From the NCBI GenBank assembly GCA_963694385.1, contig CAVOCY010000001.1, positions 2,186-66,185 on the forward strand: a stretch of DNA of 64,000 nt, written 5' to 3'. The stretch is from Candidatus Altimarinota bacterium. GTDB lineage: Bacteria; Patescibacteriota; Gracilibacteria; Peribacterales; Peribacteraceae. Made by a program: the position numbers and the translations under genes. A model generated the notes under the pieces. The model did not search any database and was not told where the DNA came from. It saw only the letters and a program-made list of their open reading frames with translations. Of the stretch, positions 1-9,341 are shown in pieces (the stretch's first letter is position 1; each line of letters starts with the position of its first letter).

Positions 1-13
1 GGAAGGAAAACCT

Positions 14-1165
14 ATGAACCGTGATCGTATCAAAGAGAAGTGGCCTTACTTTGGCTTAAGCTTCCTGTTTGGTGCTATAGCAATTTTTGGAAAGACAAAG
101 AACCTTAGTAACCTTAGTGCCGTGGATTACCTCCTGCTTAGTGCAAAGAATATTGTGTTCTCTGTGCAAAAAATCTTTGTACCTACTGATCTTTCGTTTA
201 TGTATCCACAGAGCACAGCAGTGTCTGTATTTGCACCAGACTTTTATATTCCGATACTTCTTCTGATTGCCGTAGCTGGATTGCTATTTATATTGCGAAA
301 GACACAACCAGTACTACTGTGGTGCACTGCATGGTTTTTGATCTGCATGGCACCAAATTTGCTAACGTATTCACAAAATCGTGACATCATCTTTACCTCC
401 AATCGCTACGTGTATCTCGCATGTATCGGTGTGTTTTTATACATCAGTTCTTTGCTTGTTACACAAAAACGCAACGTCGTACTCGCAGGTTCCATAGTTC
501 TTGTTGGAGCATGTAGCGCACTTACAGTAGCCGAAGCACGTACATGGAGCAGCAGCGAAACGCTTATGCGTAGCAGTCTTCGTGCTGGATACGACCACCC
601 AATCATCCATCAGTACCTTGCTATGTCTTTGCGATCTAAAGGGCAAGACGATGAAGCACTGACAGAATTTATGTTGGCAGCTCAGGCTGGTAACCCACAC
701 AGCTACAAACTTGCAGGGGATATGCAAAAAGAACGTGGTAATCACGATGAGGCAATGCGTCTGTATGAACAAGGTATGGAAGCTGCACGCGTAAGAGGAG
801 CTTATGGATCAACAGATCTTGCTGCACACTTTGAGATTGCAGGGATACGCCTCGCACAAGGAAGACTCCAACAAGCAGAATCCATATTACTAGAAGCTAA
901 AGATCTTGGGGACCATATCGCCAGTGTGCATATCAATTTAGGCACTCTGTATTTACAGACAGGGAATATTGCACGTGCTAAAGAGCACTTGATTACAGCA
1001 ACAAAGCAAAACACATTCTCGGCAGCTGCGTGGTATCACCTCGCATTTGTTTATGGACAAGAAGGAAATCTCGACAAAGCAGAAACAGCACTCAAACGTG
1101 TACTACGGATAGATCCAAACTACGAAGGAGCTGCCGAAAACTTACAACAGATTCAAAACTTGTAA
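14..1165 (+). CDS. Membrane-anchored TPR-repeat protein (may be the C-terminal part of a longer PMT/TMTC-like protein)
   Basis: 383-aa ORF with N-terminal hydrophobic helices, then several 34-aa TPR-like repeats (e.g. AWYHLAFVYGQEGNLDKAETALKRVLRIDPNY). The frame has no stop between nt 2 and the ATG at 14, but a GGAAGGA SD-like motif lies at nt 1-7, so the start is ambiguous. Confidence 0.6.
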   Translation: MNRDRIKEKWPYFGLSFLFGAIAIFGKTKNLSNLSAVDYLLLSAKNIVFSVQKIFVPTDLSFMYPQSTAVSVFAPDFYIPILLLIAVAGLLFILRKTQPVLLWCTAWFLICMAPNLLTYSQNRDIIFTSNRYVYLACIGVFLYISSLLVTQKRNVVLAGSIVLVGACSALTVAEARTWSSSETLMRSSLRAGYDHPIIHQYLAMSLRSKGQDDEALTEFMLAAQAGNPHSYKLAGDMQKERGNHDEAMRLYEQGMEAARVRGAYGSTDLAAHFEIAGIRLAQGRLQQAESILLEAKDLGDHIASVHINLGTLYLQTGNIARAKEHLITATKQNTFSAAAWYHLAFVYGQEGNLDKAETALKRVLRIDPNYEGAAENLQQIQNL

Positions 1166-1166
1166 C

Positions 1167-2906
1167 ATGCGAAAGCACCTCCCCTACATTGGTTTTCTCA
1201 TCGCTTTCCTCGGCATCTTCTTTTATGGGATGAATATGAGTGACATATTGGGTCATGATTATTTCTTTACATTTCCAAGGCTACTTACCGGAAACTGGCA
1301 TTTTGCCCATCAAGGGTTAAAACCTTTTCTCTATACACCACAACTCTGTGGGGGGCTGCCGATATATGCCAATCCACAAGACATGTTCTATTCACTGCCG
1401 CAATTTCTTAGCTTCATTATGGATCCGTGGCGGGCTGTGCTGCTGAGTTTGTGCATGACCATGGTCGTCGGATATACGGGGTGGTACAGAGTCGGTAAAG
1501 ATATTCTTCGACTACCCCTTAGATGGGCTCATGTTCTCGCTCTAGTAATCGTAGCTAATGGCTATTACTTCATGCACATGCTTATTGGGCATATTGTCTT
1601 CCACACTATTCCACTCATTGGATGGGGGCTTTGGTTATTGTTTGATCCACGAACAGATACACGTAAAACTCTCGCGCTTCGATCCTGTGCATTTGCAGCC
1701 CTACTCGCTGTCATGCTGTACTCCGGAGGATACTTTGTGATTGTTCTTTTGATGGGAACGGTGCTCATAGCACTTACTTTTGATCTTTTGCTGAGTAGTA
1801 ATCCACAAAAGCGCTGCAAAACTCTTGGAGCGCGATTATTGATGAGTGCATCCCTCGGCCTCTTTCTCTGCCTCAGCAAATTAATAGCTGTACTTAGTTA
1901 CATGCGCTTTTTCCCGAGAGAGACTCCCTTTGATACATTCCCTAAAGGAGCATCTACCATTGGTTTTTTCTTCAAGTCTCTCTGGGCTATTCCACAGAAT
2001 ACAGCACTGTTTACTAGTGTAAATATGCCCGACTGGGGTGCTATTCATGAGTACAGCCGATTTACATCACCTATTGTTCTTGTTGGTCTTCTTTTGGGAA
2101 TATGGTTTCTCTGGAAACAAAGAAAAGCAATCCAGCAAAACACAACACGCTCTCTTCTGCTCTTAGGTATTTCAGTAGCTCTCATGATCTTCTTTGTGCA
2201 GCTTATCCGAGGATACGGACTACTGGTTACCCCACTCGAAACAGTTCCGTTCTTCTCATCATGGCATGTAATGCTGCGGTTTATGTACATTCCAATTGTG
2301 TTTCTAAGCGGAATTTCTATTTGGACCATTGCGCAAAGCCCTTGGAACAACAATCGATTTGCTTTCACTACAATTGGTATCACTCTTTTTTCTGCGATCT
2401 TTGCATATGCACCAATGCTGCAATCAAAAGATTTTGGTTACACTGTTCCTTATCCACAAATTCAAGAAAATATACGTACGTCGAATTACCGATCTCTCAT
2501 CACAGAAAGAGTAGAGAGTATCCCCGGAGTTTCTGATACACATGGTATTTTTAATGGCTCTACTGCCACTCCTTGTTACGAGCCTGTGTACTGGGGTACA
2601 GGAGGCGTACAGCTAGACCCTCTGTTTATCGGCACTGTTGAAGGGTTATTTGAAGAGCAATTTAATATGTTTAACCCTGCTTGTCTCGTGTATCCAAAAG
2701 CAAATGATTGTACTCCAGGAGATCGTATCGCTTTGGAGGACTACAGCAACCTAGTCGCTTTTACGCATGGGAAACCTACAACATGGAAAGTCTCTGGATG
2801 GCAAAGCCTTGGTAATCTACTAAGTATAGCTACGCTGTTGATTATCATTATTCTGATGACTTCACTCTGCGTTGCACGCATAAAATCCTGTACTATGAGA
2901 GAGTGA
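1167..2906 (+). CDS. Polytopic membrane protein, paralog 1 of 3 (function unknown; GT-C-like glycosyl/polymer transferase is a guess)
   Basis: 579-aa ORF starting 1 nt after the TPR gene stop. It has many hydrophobic helices and shares blocks with the next two ORFs: HLPY..FL..FLGIFF, GHDY..FP.LL.G.WHF..QGL.PF.YTP..CGG.P, WGAIHEYS, N(M/L)(F/Y)NPAC..YP..N.C.PGDRI. It ends in a TM anchor. Confidence 0.75.
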   Translation: MRKHLPYIGFLIAFLGIFFYGMNMSDILGHDYFFTFPRLLTGNWHFAHQGLKPFLYTPQLCGGLPIYANPQDMFYSLPQFLSFIMDPWRAVLLSLCMTMVVGYTGWYRVGKDILRLPLRWAHVLALVIVANGYYFMHMLIGHIVFHTIPLIGWGLWLLFDPRTDTRKTLALRSCAFAALLAVMLYSGGYFVIVLLMGTVLIALTFDLLLSSNPQKRCKTLGARLLMSASLGLFLCLSKLIAVLSYMRFFPRETPFDTFPKGASTIGFFFKSLWAIPQNTALFTSVNMPDWGAIHEYSRFTSPIVLVGLLLGIWFLWKQRKAIQQNTTRSLLLLGISVALMIFFVQLIRGYGLLVTPLETVPFFSSWHVMLRFMYIPIVFLSGISIWTIAQSPWNNNRFAFTTIGITLFSAIFAYAPMLQSKDFGYTVPYPQIQENIRTSNYRSLITERVESIPGVSDTHGIFNGSTATPCYEPVYWGTGGVQLDPLFIGTVEGLFEEQFNMFNPACLVYPKANDCTPGDRIALEDYSNLVAFTHGKPTTWKVSGWQSLGNLLSIATLLIIIILMTSLCVARIKSCTMRE

Positions 2907-4612
2907 AGCTCAATCGTAAACACCTTCCCTATCTCGGATTCCTAGCTGCCTTCCTTGGCATCTTCTTTTGGGGACTGAATGTAGGCGACGCTATCGGGCA
3001 CGACTACAACTACTTCTTCCCTAAGCTTCTCGATGGCAACTGGCACTTTATGCGTCAGGGCCTAGCGCCATTTCTGTATACCCCTCACTACTGTGGAGGG
3101 TTCCCAGAGTTTGGCAACCCGCAATCAATGTACTATAGCCTCCTTCAGATTCTTTCTCTGAAGCTTGATCTATGGATTGCGATGCAACTGGTGATGGCAG
3201 TGGCGATGATGATTGGGTACTGGGGTTGGTATTTATTTGGAAGAGATGTCATCAAACTGCGATGGAACTGGGCGCACGTGTTTGCCTTAATTATTATCGC
3301 ACACGGTTTTTATCTGATGCACATGATGGCAGGACACGCTATTTATTATACGATGCCACTGATAGGACTGCTACTGTGGTTACTGCTTGAACGCACCCGT
3401 GATACTTGGAAATCGTTGATAGCAAAGTCTGCAGCATTTGGATTTATCACTGCGAATATTATTCATAGTGGTGGATTTATGGTCGGTGTTTTTGGTGCCG
3501 CTGCATTTGCAATCTTCTTGGCGCTAGAGTTGATCCTGAATCGAAAAACAATTCGTGATCGATCTCGAGTACTGGGATTACGTATCATTGGATGCACACT
3601 AGCAGCGCTACTGATGAATGGTGGAAAGCTGTATGCCATCTTTAGTTTGATGCGATTTTTCCCGCGTAACTTACCATTTGATCGTCTCGCAGAAGGGTCG
3701 AATACTTTCGGGTATATTTTAAATGCACTCTGGTCTTTTCCGCAGAACGAAGGGCTGTTTGTGCAGTATGGAATCCCTGATTGGGGTGCCATTCATGAGT
3801 ACAGTATGTACCTATCGCCGGTGGTTCTCATCGGGCTGCTCTGTGGAATGTGGTTGATGTGGAAACATCGGAAATTGAACATTCCACTGTTGGTAATCTC
3901 GATCGTGATCGGACTATTCTTTTTCCAATTGATCCAAGGTCATGGTGTATTCGTTACACCACTCGAAGGTCTGCCTATCTTTAAATCCCTCCGGATGAAT
4001 ACGCGATTTGTGTATCCATTTTCGTTTGCTTTGACTGCAGCAGGTGTGTGGAGTTTGAATCGCCTTTCGTCTCACGCCTCACGCCTCACGTACTACGCAT
4101 CACTTCTCACACTCCTCGCCTTTCTGTCCGCGTACGTACCAATGCTGATCGACATAGCACCACCACGGTCTTTGGATTACAGCGAAGTACAATATCACCT
4201 AAAACAAAATGAAGGATTTCTAGACCTTGATGTCAACAGTGTCATTGATATGCGCGGCGAAGGCCAAGCAGAGTTTGTTCCCCTCTTTGCCGGCGCCAAT
4301 CATGTGTACTGCGAAGAGCCTCTACTCTGGGGAGACAAGCCAGAAATGGAACCACTAGAAGCAGGAGATGTGTATTTAGGTTGGGATGATCGGCTGAACC
4401 TCTATAACCCTGCATGTTTTATCTATCCAGAGGTAAATAACTGCAAACCAGGAGATCGTATAGAAGTAGCAGATATGGATAACTTTACACAATTTGTATC
4501 CGGAGAAAAGACGCACTGGAAGGTTCCTATCGTACAAAGAATCCTCAACTGGATAAGTGTGCTGACGCTTATCTCTGCAGCTATCATTGCTGTACTATGG
4601 CGTAGACGATGA
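2903..4612 (+). CDS. Polytopic membrane protein, paralog 2 of 3
   Basis: 569-aa ORF whose GTG start overlaps the upstream stop (GTGA). It carries the same conserved blocks as paralogs 1 and 3. Confidence 0.75.
   Translation: MKLNRKHLPYLGFLAAFLGIFFWGLNVGDAIGHDYNYFFPKLLDGNWHFMRQGLAPFLYTPHYCGGFPEFGNPQSMYYSLLQILSLKLDLWIAMQLVMAVAMMIGYWGWYLFGRDVIKLRWNWAHVFALIIIAHGFYLMHMMAGHAIYYTMPLIGLLLWLLLERTRDTWKSLIAKSAAFGFITANIIHSGGFMVGVFGAAAFAIFLALELILNRKTIRDRSRVLGLRIIGCTLAALLMNGGKLYAIFSLMRFFPRNLPFDRLAEGSNTFGYILNALWSFPQNEGLFVQYGIPDWGAIHEYSMYLSPVVLIGLLCGMWLMWKHRKLNIPLLVISIVIGLFFFQLIQGHGVFVTPLEGLPIFKSLRMNTRFVYPFSFALTAAGVWSLNRLSSHASRLTYYASLLTLLAFLSAYVPMLIDIAPPRSLDYSEVQYHLKQNEGFLDLDVNSVIDMRGEGQAEFVPLFAGANHVYCEEPLLWGDKPEMEPLEAGDVYLGWDDRLNLYNPACFIYPEVNNCKPGDRIEVADMDNFTQFVSGEKTHWKVPIVQRILNWISVLTLISAAIIAVLWRRR
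4071..4090. repeat. (CTCACGC) x2.9 tandem heptamer array inside paralog 2
   Basis: Read directly: ctcacgc ctcacgc ctcacg. It encodes SHASRL in a segment that differs among the three paralogs. Confidence 0.8.
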
Positions 4613-6351
4613 AATTCTCCCGCCAACATCTACCGTACCTCATCCTTCTGGGGTTATTTTTGATCGCATTTTTCTGGGGGCTTTCTGCTGGAATACTTGG
4701 ACATGATTACTTCTACTTCTTCCCAAAGCTTTTGGATGGGAAGTGGCACTTTATGCGCCAAGGCCTTTCGATGTTCTACTACACCCCACACATGTGTGGA
4801 GGATTTCCGGAATATGCCAATCCACAATCTATGTACTACAGTCTGCAGCAATTCCTCGTGCTGTTTTTGGATATGTGGCTCGCTGTTCGTCTTACGATCT
4901 TGATCTCGATGGCTATTGCCTACGTTGGTTGGTATCGCGTAGGACGAGATTTGATCAAGTTGAATCTACACTGGGCACATCTACTGGCTCTGATTATTAC
5001 AGCGCATGGATATCACTTTATGCACATGATTCCGGGGCACGTTGTCTTCCATAGTATGCCTATTATTGGATGGCTGCTTTGGTTGCTGTTTGATCGACGT
5101 CAGCACTCCGTAAAAGAATTGATAGTAAAAGCTGCATGGTTTGCGCTTGCAACTGCCTACATCCTCTATAGCGGTGGCTATATGGTTGCTGTCATGGCAC
5201 TCTTTGCGGTCGTTGCGCTACTGCCATATGAATTGATATTGCACGCTTCTGATCTGCGCTCTCGATTGAAAGTATTCATGAAGAACGTCATTGCCTGTGC
5301 TATTGGTGGAGCACTCATCAACAGCAGCAAGCTCGTTGCTACGTTTAGTTTTCTCAGATACTTTCCGCGAGAGGTACCATTTGAGCGCCTGTGGGATGAC
5401 ACGAGTATCTTGGTCTATATTTTCCGCGCACTGTTTGCTCTACCACAGAACAATGATCTCTACTGGGAGTTTGGTATGGGTAAATGGGGAGCGTTTCATG
5501 AGTACAGCTTCCTCGTATCACCTGTGATTTTGGTCGGTCTTGGCTGCAGCGTGTACCTTCTCTGGAAAAGGCGATCTGCAATCTTGAATCACAAATATCT
5601 ACTGATAGTGACTGCTTTAGTATCAATGATTCTTTTGATGTTCCTCATGCAACTCATGCAAGGATACGGATGGATGGTAACCCCACTCGAGCACCTGCCA
5701 ATATTCAGGGGGCTCCACGTTAATATGCGCTGGCTCTATGCGTTTTCCTTCTTACCTATTATCACTGGAGTGTGGGGTTTGCAGCAGTGCTTTGCACGCT
5801 ACTCACGCAACTTCGTTATTGCAGGAGGAGTAGTGACAATCGTCGCTTTTGTCTGGGGATACTACGGTATTTTGCACACCAATACTCTTCCACGCACACT
5901 GCCCTACCCCGAAATTATTGCAGCCCTAGAGACGCAAGAAGACTACATGGATCTGGATGTCGAAGACGCTTTCGATATGCGTGAAATGGGGCACAGTGGT
6001 TTTATTCCACTCATCTTTGGTGGTAACCACATTTACTGTAGCGAACCGATGTTACTCGGTACTTCGAATGTGCCCGACACAATAACTGTTGGTCCAGTAA
6101 TGCAGGAAAGTAATGGATTTCTGAACATGTATAACCCTGCATGCATGGTGTATCCCAAGGCAAATGATTGTGAATCTGGTGATCGTATTCTTGCATCCGA
6201 CAAAGAGAACCTCGAACGATTTCGCACCGGACAAAAGACAACCTGGAAGATGTCTCCACTCCAACACATCAGCAACTGGATTAGTCTATTTACACTAATT
6301 ACCAGTTTGATAATTATCATTCTACGTAAAAAGTTAACTGTTAATTGTTAA
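4609..6351 (+). CDS. Polytopic membrane protein, paralog 3 of 3
   Basis: 580-aa ORF whose ATG overlaps the upstream stop (ATGA). It carries the same conserved blocks, and its C-terminal codons run into a heptamer repeat. Confidence 0.75.
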   Translation: MKFSRQHLPYLILLGLFLIAFFWGLSAGILGHDYFYFFPKLLDGKWHFMRQGLSMFYYTPHMCGGFPEYANPQSMYYSLQQFLVLFLDMWLAVRLTILISMAIAYVGWYRVGRDLIKLNLHWAHLLALIITAHGYHFMHMIPGHVVFHSMPIIGWLLWLLFDRRQHSVKELIVKAAWFALATAYILYSGGYMVAVMALFAVVALLPYELILHASDLRSRLKVFMKNVIACAIGGALINSSKLVATFSFLRYFPREVPFERLWDDTSILVYIFRALFALPQNNDLYWEFGMGKWGAFHEYSFLVSPVILVGLGCSVYLLWKRRSAILNHKYLLIVTALVSMILLMFLMQLMQGYGWMVTPLEHLPIFRGLHVNMRWLYAFSFLPIITGVWGLQQCFARYSRNFVIAGGVVTIVAFVWGYYGILHTNTLPRTLPYPEIIAALETQEDYMDLDVEDAFDMREMGHSGFIPLIFGGNHIYCSEPMLLGTSNVPDTITVGPVMQESNGFLNMYNPACMVYPKANDCESGDRILASDKENLERFRTGQKTTWKMSPLQHISNWISLFTLITSLIIIILRKKLTVNC

Positions 6352-6353
6352 CT
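6333..6353. repeat. GTTAACT GTTAATT GTTAACT heptamer array / hairpin at a convergent gene junction
   Basis: Read directly. AGTTAAC can pair with GTTAACT. The array spans the stop of paralog 3 (+) and the stop of the M23 gene (-). Confidence 0.8.
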
Positions 6354-6354
6354 G

Positions 6355-7398
6355 CTATTCCAGATACAACACCGGATTCTTCTTGATACCACTGACACGT
6401 ACTTCAAAGTGCACGTGGATTCCTGTGGCACCATACACAAGCCCTGTGTTTCCCATCCAAGCGATTGTTTGTCCGCGTTGTACACGATCCCCTTCTTTGA
6501 CATGCAAATCTTTGTTGTGCCCATAAAGCGTCAGTAGGCCGTTCCCATGATCGACTTCTATCACATTACCGTACCCTCCATTCCATCCCTTATCTGCACG
6601 CACAACTATTCCATCTTCTGCAGCGTAAATCGGTCCCCCAAGTGAGCCACCACTTTTATCCTGCATATCCACAGCAAAGTGGCCTCCGTGGAATCGCTGT
6701 GTGTAGAAACAGGTTATGCTACACGGTTTTTGCAATACTCCTGCAGTTGGCGTTGGCGTAAACGGCGCAGTAGATTTTACTACAACTTCAACTGGCTTCT
6801 TTACTGGCTGTGCTGGATCCTCTGTAGATGGCTGCTCATCTACAGTAGCTACTTGTACCTGTTTTTCGATAATAGGACTTCCATGTGGAACAATCAGCTG
6901 TTGCCCCGCCATAATAAACTCACTCTTCAGTTCGTTCTGCGACATAATTTCATTCATCGGAATATCGTAGAGCTGCGCAATGCGCGAGAGTGTCTGTCCA
7001 CGAGAAACCGTATGAAGTATTCCATCCACTGGCAAAATAAGGAGCTCGTCTCCAGGGCGAATAGGCACTCCTGCCTGCAAGTGGTTTGCCCAACGAATCG
7101 TATCAACAGATACCGGATACCACCGAGAAAGTCGCTCGAGGCTATCGCCATCTTTTACAATATGGATTGTCCCCTTCGCATATGCCCTGCGAGACCCTTG
7201 CCTTGTTAGGGGGGACGTCTTTTTGATAAAACCATCCTCTACCAATAAAAACTTCTGTGCAGCGAGTGTTTGGGTTGGTGGGGCAAGAGCTGCTTTTGGA
7301 ATGTACGGTGGCAAGAGAGATCCTACAAAAAATACGACAACACATGCCACTTGAATACGCCTGATAAGCCAACGATGTGTTGGAGGGACCGGACTCAT
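6355..7398 (-). CDS. LysM-domain M23 family metallopeptidase
   Basis: 347 aa with an N-terminal anchor and two LysM-like segments (HIVKDGDSLERLSRWY.., HTVSRGQTLSRIAQLYDIP..). The C-terminal M23 signature is present (GGYGNVIEVDHGNGLLTLYGH ... GIHVHFEV). Confidence 0.85.
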   Translation of the reverse strand: MSPVPPTHRWLIRRIQVACVVVFFVGSLLPPYIPKAALAPPTQTLAAQKFLLVEDGFIKKTSPLTRQGSRRAYAKGTIHIVKDGDSLERLSRWYPVSVDTIRWANHLQAGVPIRPGDELLILPVDGILHTVSRGQTLSRIAQLYDIPMNEIMSQNELKSEFIMAGQQLIVPHGSPIIEKQVQVATVDEQPSTEDPAQPVKKPVEVVVKSTAPFTPTPTAGVLQKPCSITCFYTQRFHGGHFAVDMQDKSGGSLGGPIYAAEDGIVVRADKGWNGGYGNVIEVDHGNGLLTLYGHNKDLHVKEGDRVQRGQTIAWMGNTGLVYGATGIHVHFEVRVSGIKKNPVLYLE

Positions 7399-8267
7399 GG
7401 TTCAATTCTTGCAACAGGCTCCGGGTCTGTCTCTAGCGCAGAGAGAATCGTACGCATATCTTCATACCGTTGGTTGGAGTTAAAAATAACAACGATATAG
7501 GATTGATCTACTCCTTCTACTACTGATACCAAACACTGTCCCGCATCACTAGTTGTTCCTGTTTTTCCTGCCATCACAGGGCCAACCTCATGCAAAAGTG
7601 CATGCGTGTGATACAACTGAATACTGTCACCTTCATTACTAGCAATCCGCTGCCCTGCACTACTCATGCGACTTGCTATCTCTTCGTAGCGCAAGCTAAA
7701 CATCGTCAGCCAAGCAATGTCTTGTGGTGTCGACCAATGTGCTGGATGATCCAGCCCTGCGGGGTTTCTAAATGATGTCCCCGTCATTCCCAATTGCAAA
7801 GCACGCGTATTCATTTCTCCTACAAAAGCAGAAACAGAACCACTGTGGAATTGTGCAAGTGTCACCGCTGCATCATTTGCAGAATTAATTAAAAGAGCCG
7901 AGAGCAAATCTCCAACATCAAAATGTTTTCCAGGTGGGAGGTATGCTTTGTTCCCCGTTACATCTAGAACACTTTTTGGAACGGTTACGATTTCATTAAG
8001 ATCGTGATTTTCTACAATAATTAGTGCAGTCATAAGCTTTGTAAGGCTCGCCATAGGACGCTGCACCCGTGCTTGCTTTGCATACAATCGCTGCCCACTC
8101 GCTGCATCAAAAATTACTACTCCAGATGCAGAAAGACGGTCTACAAGCTCTATCGCCTCACTTGATGGGGCAATATGCACCTTATCCAATGTAGAAATAT
8201 CAGTAGATATGGCATCTCCAGCCGGAAACAAGCCCAAAAGAAGCACTGATAGGAGCGATCGATACAT
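7395..8267 (-). CDS. D-alanyl-D-alanine carboxypeptidase (S11 / PBP5-like)
   Basis: 290 aa with a signal peptide and the SxxK (SLTKLMT), SxN (NSAND) and KTG (GKTGTT) motifs in canonical order. It overlaps the downstream M23 gene by 4 nt. Confidence 0.85.
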   Translation of the reverse strand: MYRSLLSVLLLGLFPAGDAISTDISTLDKVHIAPSSEAIELVDRLSASGVVIFDAASGQRLYAKQARVQRPMASLTKLMTALIIVENHDLNEIVTVPKSVLDVTGNKAYLPPGKHFDVGDLLSALLINSANDAAVTLAQFHSGSVSAFVGEMNTRALQLGMTGTSFRNPAGLDHPAHWSTPQDIAWLTMFSLRYEEIASRMSSAGQRIASNEGDSIQLYHTHALLHEVGPVMAGKTGTTSDAGQCLVSVVEGVDQSYIVVIFNSNQRYEDMRTILSALETDPEPVARIEP

Positions 8268-8380
8268 CTGTAATAGGATAGTCCTTATCCAAAAGGAGTA
8301 GAAGCGTTATCTTCTATTTCATTGGGAGGTATTTGGTGCCTGGTCAAGCGCTTTCCCTTGGCAGATCAGTAGAAAATTAG

Positions 8381-9289
8381 CTACTGATACATCACCCGAT
8401 CAGCAATACGCAGATCAATGTAGTCTCGTACCTCTTCAAACCCTACTTCTCGAAGGAATGTTCTGTACCGTTCCATTTGTTGCTCTAAGGGATTTCTCAA
8501 ATCAAACCAGAGCTCTTTTCCGTCTATCAATAAATGAAATTCCTGTGCTCGTAAGTACACAGTACGCCTGGACACCTCCTGTCCAAACTGCCGAAGCAAC
8601 GTAAGTTCAGATGCATTCATACGCTCTAAAAATTTTGGTTGAATTAGCAGCGTTCCTGGATCAGGCCGGACCCCCCAGTCCACAATAGAAAACTGTGGCA
8701 GAGTCTCTATGTCACGCGCCGCAGTTGTTGCTATGTAAATACCTTGTTTCGTTAGAAAGTCGATAGAAGTCCCCGTTCCTGTGCCTCCTGCGCTATCAGG
8801 TTCTTCGATATTAAGTCGTGCAACGAGTGGATGTAGTGTAATACGCACGTGCATTGTTCCGGGATAGGTTTTTCCAACAGTAATCTCATCGATGTCTGGA
8901 ATGCTGTCTTGCAGCAAGCTGGCAATTTCAAAAGATGAAAGAAAGAACATATGCCTCCCAAACATTGGCATAAGTGACTCTTGTACTTCTTCTATATCAA
9001 GGCGAGGACTTAAGCGGCTGACCTGAATTTCTCGTACTTGAATCACTGGAGAAAAGAGGAGGAATCCGAATACCAATAGGCCAATTATGATCAATGCAGC
9101 CATTGTCCACCGTACGGCAGATGCTCGAATGTCATCCCGCATCACTTCGATCCTGCGCTTTAGTCTTCGCCATTTCTCCTTTCTACGCTTGCTTTTACGG
9201 TCCATATGGCGCTTTACATAGCGCTTTGTGTCTGGTGAGACACGTCTGGCGTATTTTTTGGGAAGCCGTCGGGATTTTTTGAGGGGCAC
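8381..9289 (-). CDS. ftsQ: Cell-division protein FtsQ/DivIB-like (POTRA)
   Basis: 302 aa with a GTG start. It has a very basic N-terminus, a single TM helix, then a POTRA-like segment (VREIQVSRLSPRLDIEEVQESL...). Confidence 0.6.
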   Translation of the reverse strand: MPLKKSRRLPKKYARRVSPDTKRYVKRHMDRKSKRRKEKWRRLKRRIEVMRDDIRASAVRWTMAALIIIGLLVFGFLLFSPVIQVREIQVSRLSPRLDIEEVQESLMPMFGRHMFFLSSFEIASLLQDSIPDIDEITVGKTYPGTMHVRITLHPLVARLNIEEPDSAGGTGTGTSIDFLTKQGIYIATTAARDIETLPQFSIVDWGVRPDPGTLLIQPKFLERMNASELTLLRQFGQEVSRRTVYLRAQEFHLLIDGKELWFDLRNPLEQQMERYRTFLREVGFEEVRDYIDLRIADRVMYQ

Positions 9290-9341
9290 GGTACCATCTT
9301 AAGTGCTGGAAGTCTTTCCCACAAACCATCACAATGAACTC

